A stretch of DNA of 64,000 bases, from the NCBI GenBank assembly GCA_965277285.1, contig OZ255721.1:2592001-2656000 (forward strand), in the 5' to 3' direction. Position 1 is the stretch's first letter. Each line of letters begins with the position of its first letter. Both the position numbers and the translations under genes were made by a program. Positions 10,472 through 19,664 of this stretch are shown here, one piece after another. The stretch comes from Abditibacteriaceae bacterium. Its GTDB lineage: Bacteria > Armatimonadota > Abditibacteriia > Abditibacteriales > Abditibacteriaceae. The notes beneath the pieces are model-generated. The model was given only the letters and a program-made list of their open reading frames with translations. It was not told the origin of the DNA and made no database searches.

Positions 10472-11422
10472 CTATTTCTTCGGCGTGGCGATGACCATCG
10501 TCATGTAAACGCCGACGTTTTTCTGGCGGTCTGTCACCGTGAACAACGACGCGATTTCTTCTTCCAATTCTTCGGGCGCGAAGCGGTGAAACGGAATGCC
10601 GCCGTGGTGTTCGCCTTCTTTTTCCAGCCGCGTCGTGACGCCGCCGTAACGATACGCTGACAACAAGAACTGACCTTGCGCAACCAGCACGCGATGCGTG
10701 TGCTGCACGAACTGAGCGCGCAATTCGTGCGAAGGAATGTGCTGAAAAACACCGACGTGGGCGACGTGGCCAAAAGCGTTGTCGCGCAACGGCAAATGCG
10801 TCAAATCGGCGTGCAGATAATGAACGGGCGCGTCCGTTTTTCCAGCGTGCTGCACGCGATTGCGCAAAATCGAATCGCGCGACAGGTCGACCGCGACAAC
10901 TTCGCTGGCATAGCGCGCAAACAAATCGGTAAAGCGTCCAGTTCCGCAACCAGCTTCGAGAAGCGGCAGGTTTTTCGGCGTTTTCGAGTACTCGTTCTTC
11001 GAGTACTCGTTCATGACGCGCTTATACGCCGGCCACTCGAAAAGATGGAGCGCTTTCATCGAAATCATTTGATCGTAGGCTTCGGCTTGCTCGTCGCGCG
11101 CGCGACGCTCGCTGGCGATTCTCTTGAAATCGTGTTTGCGTTCATGCGTTTGGTGATGATGTTCTTCACCTGGATGCAAAACGTCCTCGAGTTCGTCTTC
11201 GTATTGCGCCAAAAACTCGTCGTCTTCGTTTTTCATGGCGCCGACGCGGAAAGCATCGCAGAAAACGCTGGGAATGCCGTCGCGGATCGGATACCAGCGG
11301 CGCGTTTGTTGGTTGACTAAAACGCCTTCGCGGATTTCAGTTTCGTCGCCTTGAAAACAGCGCAGTTGAAGCGGTTGAAAATCGTTGGGATCGAGCAGAA
11401 AATCGAGCAATCTTACGTTCAT
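10472..11422 (-). CDS. Trm112-like domain fused to class I SAM-dependent methyltransferase
   Basis: N-terminal LLDFLLDP...EGVL...RWYPIRDGIP; C-terminal LLEAGCGTGRF, VDLS and ADLTHLP. Confidence 0.75.
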   Translation of the reverse strand: MNVRLLDFLLDPNDFQPLQLRCFQGDETEIREGVLVNQQTRRWYPIRDGIPSVFCDAFRVGAMKNEDDEFLAQYEDELEDVLHPGEEHHHQTHERKHDFKRIASERRARDEQAEAYDQMISMKALHLFEWPAYKRVMNEYSKNEYSKTPKNLPLLEAGCGTGRFTDLFARYASEVVAVDLSRDSILRNRVQHAGKTDAPVHYLHADLTHLPLRDNAFGHVAHVGVFQHIPSHELRAQFVQHTHRVLVAQGQFLLSAYRYGGVTTRLEKEGEHHGGIPFHRFAPEELEEEIASLFTVTDRQKNVGVYMTMVIATPKK

Positions 11423-11521
11423 GGAGTTCCGTATCGGTGATTCGTTGGGTGAATTGGTGTGCTAAAAGGATAGCTTAACGGCGTTCGACTTGCACCAGAA
11501 AACTTCCGGAGGAAACCTTTT

Positions 11522-12451
11522 ATGAGCCTTTTAGACAACGTTCGCCAGACTTTGGGCGATGCCGCCAACACCGCCCGCGAAGTCGGACAAAACCTGGGCG
11601 CGCAAGCCCAATCGCAACTTAACATCAAAAAAATGCAGCTCGATCAAGCCAAGAAACTGCGTGACCTGGGCGAAAAAACTTTCGCCTGGTACCAAAGCGG
11701 GCAGCTGATCGTGAGCGGCAATGTGCCCGCCGATGTGCAACAATTGTGTCGGGAAGTGGACGAATCGAGTACTCAATTGCGCTTGGAAGAAGCCAAACTC
11801 GAAGAGTTCAAGCAACAAGCCGCGCAACGCTCGCAAAACCCAAACGAACCCGCAACTCAATCGGGCGCGACTTACCCCGTTTTACCAACCACAAATCTGC
11901 CCAACACCAACTTACCAGCAACAGATTTCCCAGCCGCAAATGCGACAATTCCAACCATTCCGACCGTGACAACGCCAATGGCGCCGGCTAACACGGCAAC
12001 CGAAGTCACATCCATTCCCTTTCCTTCGGCTGCCGCACGTGATACGACCAACATCATGACGGGAAGCGATGCCACGAATGATTATCCAACGCCTGCGCTC
12101 ACCAATTCGGGCGCTACAGGAGTTTCAACAATGGGAACGAATTTTCCAACGCCGCACCACGAAGGCGGCGTGACCATGCCAGGAACCGGAATCGTCACCA
12201 ACCCGACGCCGCCCGCTTCTGCGCCCGAAACTTTGCCGCCCGCCGTTCCCGCGACTTCAGGCGCCGAAACTTCCGACGGCGATGCTCCAGTTGTTCCGGT
12301 TTCCGATTTGGCACCCTCGCCGCAGGGCGACACGACAATTGGCGGCGGCACCATGCCCGGCGCGCCCGGCGGCAGCGATACTCTGGGCGGCGGCATCAGC
12401 GGCGGCGGACTTGGTGGGTTGGGCGGCGGATTTGGTGGCGGCACGATGTAA
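11522..12451 (+). CDS. Hypothetical protein with coiled-coil N-terminus and Pro/Thr/Gly-rich tail
   Basis: GGAGG ribosome-binding site upstream, helical first ~100 aa, terminator downstream. Confidence 0.7.
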   Translation: MSLLDNVRQTLGDAANTAREVGQNLGAQAQSQLNIKKMQLDQAKKLRDLGEKTFAWYQSGQLIVSGNVPADVQQLCREVDESSTQLRLEEAKLEEFKQQAAQRSQNPNEPATQSGATYPVLPTTNLPNTNLPATDFPAANATIPTIPTVTTPMAPANTATEVTSIPFPSAAARDTTNIMTGSDATNDYPTPALTNSGATGVSTMGTNFPTPHHEGGVTMPGTGIVTNPTPPASAPETLPPAVPATSGAETSDGDAPVVPVSDLAPSPQGDTTIGGGTMPGAPGGSDTLGGGISGGGLGGLGGGFGGGTM

Positions 12452-12472
12452 TTTCGAGTACTCGATAGACCC

Positions 12473-12509
12473 AAAAGCGCCGCGAGATTTCAGTTCTCGC
12501 GGCGCTTTT
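12473..12509. terminator. Bidirectional rho-independent terminator
   Basis: aaaagcgccgcgaga...tctcgcggcgctttt between convergent genes. Confidence 0.75.
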
Positions 12510-12513
12510 ACGT

Positions 12514-12757
12514 TTACGGCTGGCGTTTGAGGAAGTTTTTGGCGGCGATGTAAGCGCCAATCAAGATGCAGGAGTGACAAAGAGCCGCTCCAAATGCTTG
12601 TTGCCAAGCCGAATGTCCAGGCCCAAAAAACATCCCAAACAATCTCCACGAAAAAACCTGCAACAAGTCCCGGCAACGCACCGAGTAACAACTGACAAAC
12701 CATCCCAAACCATTGCACAAACTCAAAACCGTTCAACTTGCGAATCAGTTCTTTCAT
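12514..12757 (-). pseudogene. Small membrane protein, probably frameshifted
   Basis: The hydrophobic ORF MKELIRK... has no stop before the terminator, while the adjacent frame ends ILIGAYIAAKNFLKRQP* just before it. Confidence 0.4.
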
Positions 12758-12771
12758 ATCGAGTACTCGAT

Positions 12772-13422
12772 TCACAACGGATAAAGCGCGTCCAAGGTTT
12801 CGCCGCGCTCGATTTGAATGTTGTTATCCAAAGCGCGCCAAAGATACCAACTCGCCACGCTGCGAAATGGCTTCCATGGTTCGGCAATTTCGCGCATTCG
12901 AGTACTCGATGGCGCCTCTTCCAGCGCATACAACTTCTTCATCGCGTTACGCAGACCCAGGTCGTCAACCGCTAAAACATCTTCGCGCCCCAGAGAAAAA
13001 ATCAGAAACATTTCGGCTGTCCATCTTCCGATGCCGCGCATGGGAACGCGAGCCGCGATAACTTCCTCGTCGCTCATCGTGTCGAACTCACTAAACGAAA
13101 TCAAACCGTCGTTGATGTGGCGCGCCAGATCACGAATCGCCAGAACTTTGTTGCGCGACAAGCCAACGGCGCGCAAAACGTCGTCTTGCACCTTCGCTAC
13201 GAATTGCGGCGTAGGAAAATCGCGTTCCGCTTCGAGAGCCGCAAAGCGTCCGCGAATGGCGCGCGCGGCGTGCGTCGAAACCTGCTGCCCGATAATCGAG
13301 GACGACAAAGCGCGCCACGCATCAGGCTCGCAGCGTATCTGCGGATCGCCAACCTGCGCTATGACTTGCGCTAAAATAGTGTCGGATGCTTGCAGATGTT
13401 GGCGGGCCAGTTGGAGGTTCAT
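12772..13422 (-). CDS. alkA: DNA-3-methyladenine glycosylase II (AlkA family, HhH-GPD)
   Basis: IIGQQVS, GIGRWTAEMFLIFSLGREDV, DDLGLR and WKPFRSVASWYLW motifs. Confidence 0.88.
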   Translation of the reverse strand: MNLQLARQHLQASDTILAQVIAQVGDPQIRCEPDAWRALSSSIIGQQVSTHAARAIRGRFAALEAERDFPTPQFVAKVQDDVLRAVGLSRNKVLAIRDLARHINDGLISFSEFDTMSDEEVIAARVPMRGIGRWTAEMFLIFSLGREDVLAVDDLGLRNAMKKLYALEEAPSSTRMREIAEPWKPFRSVASWYLWRALDNNIQIERGETLDALYPL

Positions 13423-13434
13423 AAAAGGTGATTA

Positions 13435-13833
13435 ATGAAAAAGTTCGTCGCTTCAACGTTTTTGATTCCGCATATCTGCTTTGATTGCCGCTTGAGTTTC
13501 AAGCGAGTTCATCAGAAAATAGCAGGCGAAATTTTGTGCCCGAATTGCAAGAAACCGGCGCGCATGATGGCGCGCAAGTTTCAAGCTCCACCACGCAACG
13601 ACATTCAACGCTGGGAGGTCGTCAGGCTGCTCTTCCAAAACGGCTGGCGTGGCTATGGATGGAACGTGACACCGCGAATATCTTTGCGAGCAGCCGAAGA
13701 ATACCTGAAACGAAAGGCCGAACGAGAACGCATCGCACAAATCAAAGGCAAACAAGAAGCGCAGAACGAGAAATGGCGAAAAATGCGCAAATGGCCGCAC
13801 GTTCATCTCGATGTGGAATCGAGTACTCGATAA
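13435..13833 (+). CDS. Hypothetical zinc-ribbon protein
   Basis: CFDCRLSFK...CPNC...FQAPP motif; basic C-terminus. Confidence 0.6.
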   Translation: MKKFVASTFLIPHICFDCRLSFKRVHQKIAGEILCPNCKKPARMMARKFQAPPRNDIQRWEVVRLLFQNGWRGYGWNVTPRISLRAAEEYLKRKAERERIAQIKGKQEAQNEKWRKMRKWPHVHLDVESSTR

Positions 13834-13839
13834 GACGAC

Positions 13840-13867
13840 GTAGGGGCTTGGCGCGCCAAGCCCCTAC
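13840..13867. repeat. GTAG-type REP, family C
   Basis: Perfect palindrome gtaggggcttggcgcgccaagcccctac between convergent genes. Confidence 0.75.
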
Positions 13868-13878
13868 AAATTGCCAAC

Positions 13879-15717
13879 TCACTCCGCCAATTCTTCCATT
13901 TGCGCGATCACCTGGTCGAATACATCCAGCGCCTGATGAATCGGTTGCGGAGTCGCCATATCGACGCCCGCGCCGCGCAACAAATTGATGCTGGTGTCTG
14001 AACCGCCGCCGCGCAGGAAGTTGAGATAACGTTCGACCGCCGGTTCGCCTTCTTCTGTAATCTGCTTCGACAAAGCTGCCGCCGCGCTGATGCCAGTCGC
14101 ATATTGGTAAACGTAAAAGTCGTAGTAGAAATGCGGAATGCGCGCCCATTCAATGGCAACCGCGTCGTCAATTTTGACTTCGGCCCCATAATAATCGTCG
14201 TTCAGCGATTTGTATAATTCGCTCATGCTATCCGCCGTTAATGCCTCGCCGCGTTCGTTCAAGCTGTGAATCATCAGCTCGAATTCGGCGAACATCGTCT
14301 GGCGAAACAGCGTGGCGCGGAAACGTTCGGCGTAGGAATTCAACAATGAAAGTTGCAGCGCCTTGTCACCTATCTCGCGCGCTTCTTTTTGCAAATGCTG
14401 CGTCAACAACGATTCGTTCAATGTGGAGGCGACTTCGGCCACGAAAATCGTGTAACCCGAATAAACATAAGGCTGCGTTTCGCGCGTGTAATACGAATGC
14501 AGCGAATGTCCCAGTTCGTGCGTGAGCGTAAACGCGTTGTTCAGGTTGTCTTGCCAGTTCATCAAAATGTAGGGCGGCGTCGTGTAAGAACCATTGGAAA
14601 AGGCGCCCGATGTCTTGCCTTCGTTTTCCATGACATCAATCCAGCGACTGGAAAACGCCTTATCGAGTACTCGATTGTAGTCTTCGCCCAGCGGAATCAG
14701 CGAGTTTTTGACCGCCGTTTCAGCTTGCTCGTAAGAAATTTCTTTCTCGACGTTTTCCACCATCGGCACATACAAATCCCACATTTGCAATTCGTCCAAC
14801 TTCAACAGTTTCTTGCGCAAACGCAAATAGCGATGCAGTACCGGAAGCCGTTCGCGCACGGTGGAAATGAGGTTGGTGTAAACCTCGGTCGGAATTTCGT
14901 CGGGATCGAGAGCGCCGTGCAAGGCGCTGTCGTAATGGCGCACGCGAGCCGAGAAAACATGACTTTTCACGGCGCCGGTCAGGTTCGAGGCGAGCGTGTT
15001 GCGCCACTTCGCGTATTCGCCGTGCATCGCCCTGAAACCGTTTTCGCGCAAGGTTCTGTCCGGCGATTCCAGAAATTTGATGTAGCGCCCGTGCGTCAGT
15101 TCAACTTCGTTGCCGTCTTTGTCCAGGACATTGGGAAATTTCAAGTCGGCGTCGCCGAACATTTTGTAAACCGTGGATGGCGCGCTCGTCGCTTCATAAG
15201 CCTGCGCCAAAACGTCTTCGACTTCGGCGCTGCGGATATGCGGACGACGGCGTTGCAGCTTTTGCAAATAGTATTCGTAAAGCTTCAGTCCAGCTTCTTC
15301 GTTGACGAAGCCTTGCAACACATCGGCGTCGAGTTCGAGGATTTCCGGCTCGATGAAAGCGGCTGCCGACGCCAATCGAGTACTCAACATCTTGACGCGT
15401 TCCAGGCGCGCCTGACTTTCGGCGTTGGCATTGTCCTGGCTGCGTTTCAAGCTGGCGTAACTGTAAAGTCGCCCCAGCGTTTTGCCGATTTCGTCGCTGG
15501 TTTGCAGCGTATTAAGCAAACTCCAGCCGTTGTGCAAAGTGCCTTGCATTGCACTTAAAGGCGCAATATGGTTTTCGACAACTTGAAAATCGCGCTCCCA
15601 ATCTTCGTCGCGCTCGTAAACCAAGGTCAAATCCCACGTCAATTCGGTCGGGATTTCATGGCGTTTGGGCAACGGGTTGGAAGCTGTCGTCGGAACATCT
15701 GTTTTTTCGTAGAACAC
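13879..15717 (-). CDS. pepF: Oligoendopeptidase F (M3B)
   Basis: TWDL, GKTSGAFS, HELGHSLH, VAEVAST, WARIPHFY and FYVYQYATG motifs; GTG start after GAGG. Confidence 0.93.
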   Translation of the reverse strand: MFYEKTDVPTTASNPLPKRHEIPTELTWDLTLVYERDEDWERDFQVVENHIAPLSAMQGTLHNGWSLLNTLQTSDEIGKTLGRLYSYASLKRSQDNANAESQARLERVKMLSTRLASAAAFIEPEILELDADVLQGFVNEEAGLKLYEYYLQKLQRRRPHIRSAEVEDVLAQAYEATSAPSTVYKMFGDADLKFPNVLDKDGNEVELTHGRYIKFLESPDRTLRENGFRAMHGEYAKWRNTLASNLTGAVKSHVFSARVRHYDSALHGALDPDEIPTEVYTNLISTVRERLPVLHRYLRLRKKLLKLDELQMWDLYVPMVENVEKEISYEQAETAVKNSLIPLGEDYNRVLDKAFSSRWIDVMENEGKTSGAFSNGSYTTPPYILMNWQDNLNNAFTLTHELGHSLHSYYTRETQPYVYSGYTIFVAEVASTLNESLLTQHLQKEAREIGDKALQLSLLNSYAERFRATLFRQTMFAEFELMIHSLNERGEALTADSMSELYKSLNDDYYGAEVKIDDAVAIEWARIPHFYYDFYVYQYATGISAAAALSKQITEEGEPAVERYLNFLRGGGSDTSINLLRGAGVDMATPQPIHQALDVFDQVIAQMEELAE

Positions 15718-15833
15718 GTTAATTTCCTCGCTCTTTTTTCGCAGTTTATCGCATGAGGCGCATCCTCGAAAAAGCTGGCAAAATGAACAACACGATGAGA
15801 CAGCAAATGGAAGACAACACAAAGGCAATCAAA

Positions 15834-16829
15834 ATGACTCCTGAAAAGAAGTTACGGGTAGCGATTATTGGTGCGGGTGGTTGGGGAATGCAGCACGCGC
15901 GCGTTTTCTCCGAGCGCCGCGATGTCGAACTGTGCGCAATTGTCGGGCGCACGCGAGAGAAAACTGAACGGCGCGCTATCGAGTACTCGACGCGCGCTTA
16001 TTTCGACATCGCGCAAATGTTGGAAAGCGAAAAACCTGATTTGGTCAGCGTATGCTTGCCCAATCAAGAGCATTTCGCGCCGACGCTGCAAGTCATCGAA
16101 GCGGGTTTCCCGCTGCTCGTCGAAAAGCCGCTCACTTTTGAAATGGAAGAAGCCGATGCGTTATTAAAAGCGGCGACGGAGCGCGATTTATTTTTCGCTA
16201 TCAACTTCAACCATCGTTATGCGCGACCAATGCAAATGGCGCGCGAGGCGATTGAAGCCAATCGTTTGGGCGAAGTCGTCTTTGCGACGTGGCGTTTCGG
16301 CGGCGAAGGCGGCGGCGATCATCCGCACGCGAACTTGATCGAAACGCAATGTCACGGCTTCGATAGTTTGGAATATCTGTGCGGCCCGATTGCGTCCGTC
16401 ATGGCACAGATGACGAACAAAACCGGCAAAGGCTACAGCACGATGTCGATTGCGTTGCAGTTCCAAAACGGCGCCGTCGGTAACCTGTTGGGCACTTACG
16501 ATTCGTCTTACGCATATTCGAGTACTCAATCGATGGAAATCAACGGCACCTTGAGTCGCATTTTGATTGAAGACACGGTGCAGCGTTTTTCGTTTCAACG
16601 TGCGGGAAGCGAAACGCGCGAAGAATGGCAGGCCGGTTATTTCAACGACCGCGACCGCACTTTTGTGCGCACCTTCGATGCTCATCTCGACGCCGTTTTG
16701 CACGCGTTGCGGCACGGAGAAGAGCCGCCAATTCACGCAAGGGCTGGACATCGCGCATTGGTCTTGGCGCTCGCCGCCATCGAATCGTTTGGAAGCGGGC
16801 GCCGCGTGGAAACACCTTATTCTGAATGA
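15834..16829 (+). CDS. Gfo/Idh/MocA family oxidoreductase
   Basis: VAIIGAGGWG, EKP and CHGFD motifs; start position uncertain. Confidence 0.88.
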   Translation: MTPEKKLRVAIIGAGGWGMQHARVFSERRDVELCAIVGRTREKTERRAIEYSTRAYFDIAQMLESEKPDLVSVCLPNQEHFAPTLQVIEAGFPLLVEKPLTFEMEEADALLKAATERDLFFAINFNHRYARPMQMAREAIEANRLGEVVFATWRFGGEGGGDHPHANLIETQCHGFDSLEYLCGPIASVMAQMTNKTGKGYSTMSIALQFQNGAVGNLLGTYDSSYAYSSTQSMEINGTLSRILIEDTVQRFSFQRAGSETREEWQAGYFNDRDRTFVRTFDAHLDAVLHALRHGEEPPIHARAGHRALVLALAAIESFGSGRRVETPYSE

Positions 16830-16852
16830 TCGTGAGTTCTGCAAAAAAAGTT

Positions 16853-16891
16853 AAAGCCGCCATTTCACATTGCAATTGGAATGGCGGCTTT
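16853..16891. terminator. Rho-independent terminator
   Basis: aaagccgccatt...aatggcggcttt. Confidence 0.65.
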
Positions 16892-16902
16892 CGATTGACA
16901 AA

Positions 16903-16981
16903 GAACCCGAAGCGTGAGCGACGGGTGAACTAACAGTCCAATATCGCTGTTAGTTCAGCCCGTCGCTCACGCTCTGGGTTC
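16903..16981. repeat. REP-like hairpin family B
   Basis: gaacccgaagcgtgagcgacggg...cccgtcgctcacgctctgggttc. Confidence 0.8.
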
Positions 16982-16986
16982 GTTGT

Positions 16987-18372
16987 TCAACGCACAAATG
17001 CGATAACGACGGCAATAATCGCCATTACAATGGAAGCAACCGACAACATCATATTGGTGCGCAGTTGTTTTTGCAGAACGTCGCGTTCGGCGACAAGAGC
17101 CGTTGTAATTTCGGCGTGATGCGCTTTCAATTGCTGCGGAATGGTTTCCAGTTGCGAGGCGAAAGCGTTCCGCGAACGTTCGAGTTCGTCCATTTTGGGA
17201 ACGATTTGCCCTTGCGTTTCGCGCACCTCGTTCAACGATTTCGAGTACTCGACAATGCCGTTTTGCACTTCGCCGATTTTGCCGACAAGTTCGTCTTTCA
17301 GTTGAAGTTGAGCGCGCCGTGCCGCGTCGTCAAAGCGTTCGACAATGGCGGGCAAAGCCGAAATGTGACCTTCGATTTCCTCAACGCGCGTCGTCACATC
17401 GCCGACTTCTTCTTCCAATGTTTCCTGGTTGCGCGACAATTGGCTCCACGCGCCCTGCATTCCGGTCATCGCGGAAAGCGCGTGCGAACCGTCGCCCGTT
17501 TCGGCGTAAATGGATTGCTCCATCACTTTTTTGGAGGCGATGACGTCGCGCATTCCGACTTCAAAGTGACGCTGGTGAATCTTTTTTTCGTTGTCCGGGC
17601 CAGGTTCGGTCGTCGCCATTTGCGCGGCTTTCAAAACCGCGTTTTTGATGTCGCCGCCGCTTACGTTGTCGAACTCTTCGCCCAACTTTTGAAAATTGAC
17701 ATCGTTCGATAACGGCGTTTTGCGCGCGTGCAATTGCGCTTTCCAGATGAGCGCGCGCGTTGGTGCGTCCGGCATTTCAAACAAAATGTGAGTGCGAATG
17801 CGGCGTTCAAAAGCGGGATCGAAGTTGGCCGCCATATTCGTCGCAAAAATGACGACGCCCGCGAAACTTTCCAATTCTTTAAGCAAAACGTTGACGACCG
17901 TGTTCGCCTCGCGCTGATAACCTTGCGTCACGCTGGCGAAGCGGCGTCCGGCAATAGCGTCGGCTTCATCGAAGAACAACACCGCGTCTTGTTCGGCTGC
18001 CGCATGAAAAACTGCTGACACATTTTTGCCGGTTTCGCCCGCCCACAAACTTTCCATTTCGCTGTAGCGCACGACCAGCAGTTTTTTGCCCAGAGAGTGC
18101 GCAATCGCTTCGGCGCAGACGGTTTTGCCGGTTCCAGGCGGCCCGGCGAAGTTGAACGCCAGCCCCAGACCCGTGTTGTGCCGTTCGCTCAAACCCCATT
18201 GACTGAAAATGAGGTCGTGTTTTTTGATTTGCACCAAAGCCTGATCGAGAGCGCGGCGCGTATTGGCCGGAAGAATTACGTCGTCGAAAGTACGTCGCGG
18301 CACCAGGGCTTCAACCAATTCTTTCTTGGGTTGAACGGTGCCGAAAATGAGATCGCGCAGAGGATTCGCCAT
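16987..18372 (-). CDS. AAA+ ATPase with C-terminal coiled coil and tail membrane anchor
   Basis: Walker A GPPGTGKT, Walker B LFFDEAD, ATN...DPAFERR and SGGDIKNA; hydrophobic last ~20 aa. Confidence 0.85.
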   Translation of the reverse strand: MANPLRDLIFGTVQPKKELVEALVPRRTFDDVILPANTRRALDQALVQIKKHDLIFSQWGLSERHNTGLGLAFNFAGPPGTGKTVCAEAIAHSLGKKLLVVRYSEMESLWAGETGKNVSAVFHAAAEQDAVLFFDEADAIAGRRFASVTQGYQREANTVVNVLLKELESFAGVVIFATNMAANFDPAFERRIRTHILFEMPDAPTRALIWKAQLHARKTPLSNDVNFQKLGEEFDNVSGGDIKNAVLKAAQMATTEPGPDNEKKIHQRHFEVGMRDVIASKKVMEQSIYAETGDGSHALSAMTGMQGAWSQLSRNQETLEEEVGDVTTRVEEIEGHISALPAIVERFDDAARRAQLQLKDELVGKIGEVQNGIVEYSKSLNEVRETQGQIVPKMDELERSRNAFASQLETIPQQLKAHHAEITTALVAERDVLQKQLRTNMMLSVASIVMAIIAVVIAFVR

Positions 18373-18493
18373 ACCTTCAAGTACACCGCAAAACGCCGCA
18401 CGTTTCCACCAATAAATAACCAATGGTGCGGATTTGCGCAAAAGGCAAGGCCATTCGCACCAATACTATTAACTAATAGTGCGGGTTTGGCGT

Positions 18494-18623
18494 CGCCCGC
18501 CCATGAATAAGCGGGCTGAAGTGAAAAAGCCCCATGAATGGGGCTGCCGGAATCGACGAAACACGGCACGCGAGGCCGCTTTAGCGGTCTTGCGAATTCA
18601 GCCCGCTCATTCATGGGCGGGCG
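18494..18623. repeat. ~130-bp REP/MITE-like element family D, copy 1
   Basis: Terminal inverted repeats cgcccgcccatgaatRagcgggctgaa / ttcagcccgctcattcatgggcgggcg, with an internal agccccatgaatggggct hairpin. Confidence 0.8.
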
Positions 18624-18739
18624 CTTGCAAACCCGCACCAAAGTTATTCAATCGAGTACTCGAATGCCTTTTGTTTTTGCCGCCAGGCGCATATTTGGGG
18701 CAAACTGCGATCATCGAAAAAGATACGGAGAGTTCTTGA

Positions 18740-19531
18740 ATGGCGATTTGCGAGATTCATCTGAACCAGGTCGAAGCGGTCGGTAAAATGACATCGTTCA
18801 TGGCGATTTTGCCCGAAGGTCAGGGCAAAGGGCCGTTTCCCGTGCTCTACCTTTTGCACGGATTGAGCGACAATCACACCGCCTGGACGCGGCGCACCAG
18901 CCTGGAACGTTACGTTGATGGCTTGCCGCTTATCGTCGTTATGCCCAATGGCGAACGCAGTTTCTACATCGACGCGCAAGATTTGCGCAACGAAAACTTT
19001 GAAACCCTCATCGTGCGCGACCTGATCGGTTTCGTGGACAACACGTTTCAAACAATTGCGTCGCGCGAAGGTCGCGTCATCGCCGGACTTTCGATGGGCG
19101 GTTACGGCGCCATGAAACTGGCCTTGAAACATCCCGATAAATTTTGCGCAGCCGTCACACATTCGGGCGCCGTCGAGTTCGGCTCGCATTCCTATGAAGA
19201 ATTTGTTGGGGAAAACAGCGGCGCCGAATGGTTGAACGAATTTGTGCCAATTATCGGAAAGAATCCACAAGGCGGCGACAACGACGTGTTCGCGCTGGCC
19301 GAACGGAGCGATTCGAGTACTCGACCAGCCTTGCGCATCGATTGCGGCACCGAAGATTTCCTGATCGAGCACAATCGCCGCTTTCACGCGCATCTGCAAA
19401 AGTTGGGCATCGAACACGAGTACGAAGAACATCCCGGCGAACATAACTGGGATTATTGGGACACGCACATCAAAGACAGCCTTGCGTTTTTCAAGACGCA
19501 GTTGAAATTGGAGACGCCCGCCCATGAATGA
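18740..19531 (+). CDS. Alpha/beta-hydrolase esterase (S-formylglutathione hydrolase/tributyrin esterase-like)
   Basis: PVLYLLHG, GLSMGGYGA, DCGTEDFL and GEHNWDYW motifs. Confidence 0.88.
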   Translation: MAICEIHLNQVEAVGKMTSFMAILPEGQGKGPFPVLYLLHGLSDNHTAWTRRTSLERYVDGLPLIVVMPNGERSFYIDAQDLRNENFETLIVRDLIGFVDNTFQTIASREGRVIAGLSMGGYGAMKLALKHPDKFCAAVTHSGAVEFGSHSYEEFVGENSGAEWLNEFVPIIGKNPQGGDNDVFALAERSDSSTRPALRIDCGTEDFLIEHNRRFHAHLQKLGIEHEYEEHPGEHNWDYWDTHIKDSLAFFKTQLKLETPAHE

Positions 19532-19629
19532 GCGGGCTGAAGAAAAAGCCCCATAAATGGGACTCAAGCGCACGCCTTGAGGCCGCTTTAGCGGTCTTGC
19601 CAATTCAGCCCGCTCATTCATGGGCGGGC
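19516..19629. repeat. REP/MITE-like element family D, copy 2
   Basis: Same terminal inverted repeats and gaggccgctttagcggtcttgc core as copy 1; contains the esterase stop codon. A remnant lies at 63626-63642. Confidence 0.8.
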
Positions 19630-19664
19630 ACGTCGCACATCGAGTACTCGAACTGAACAACACC

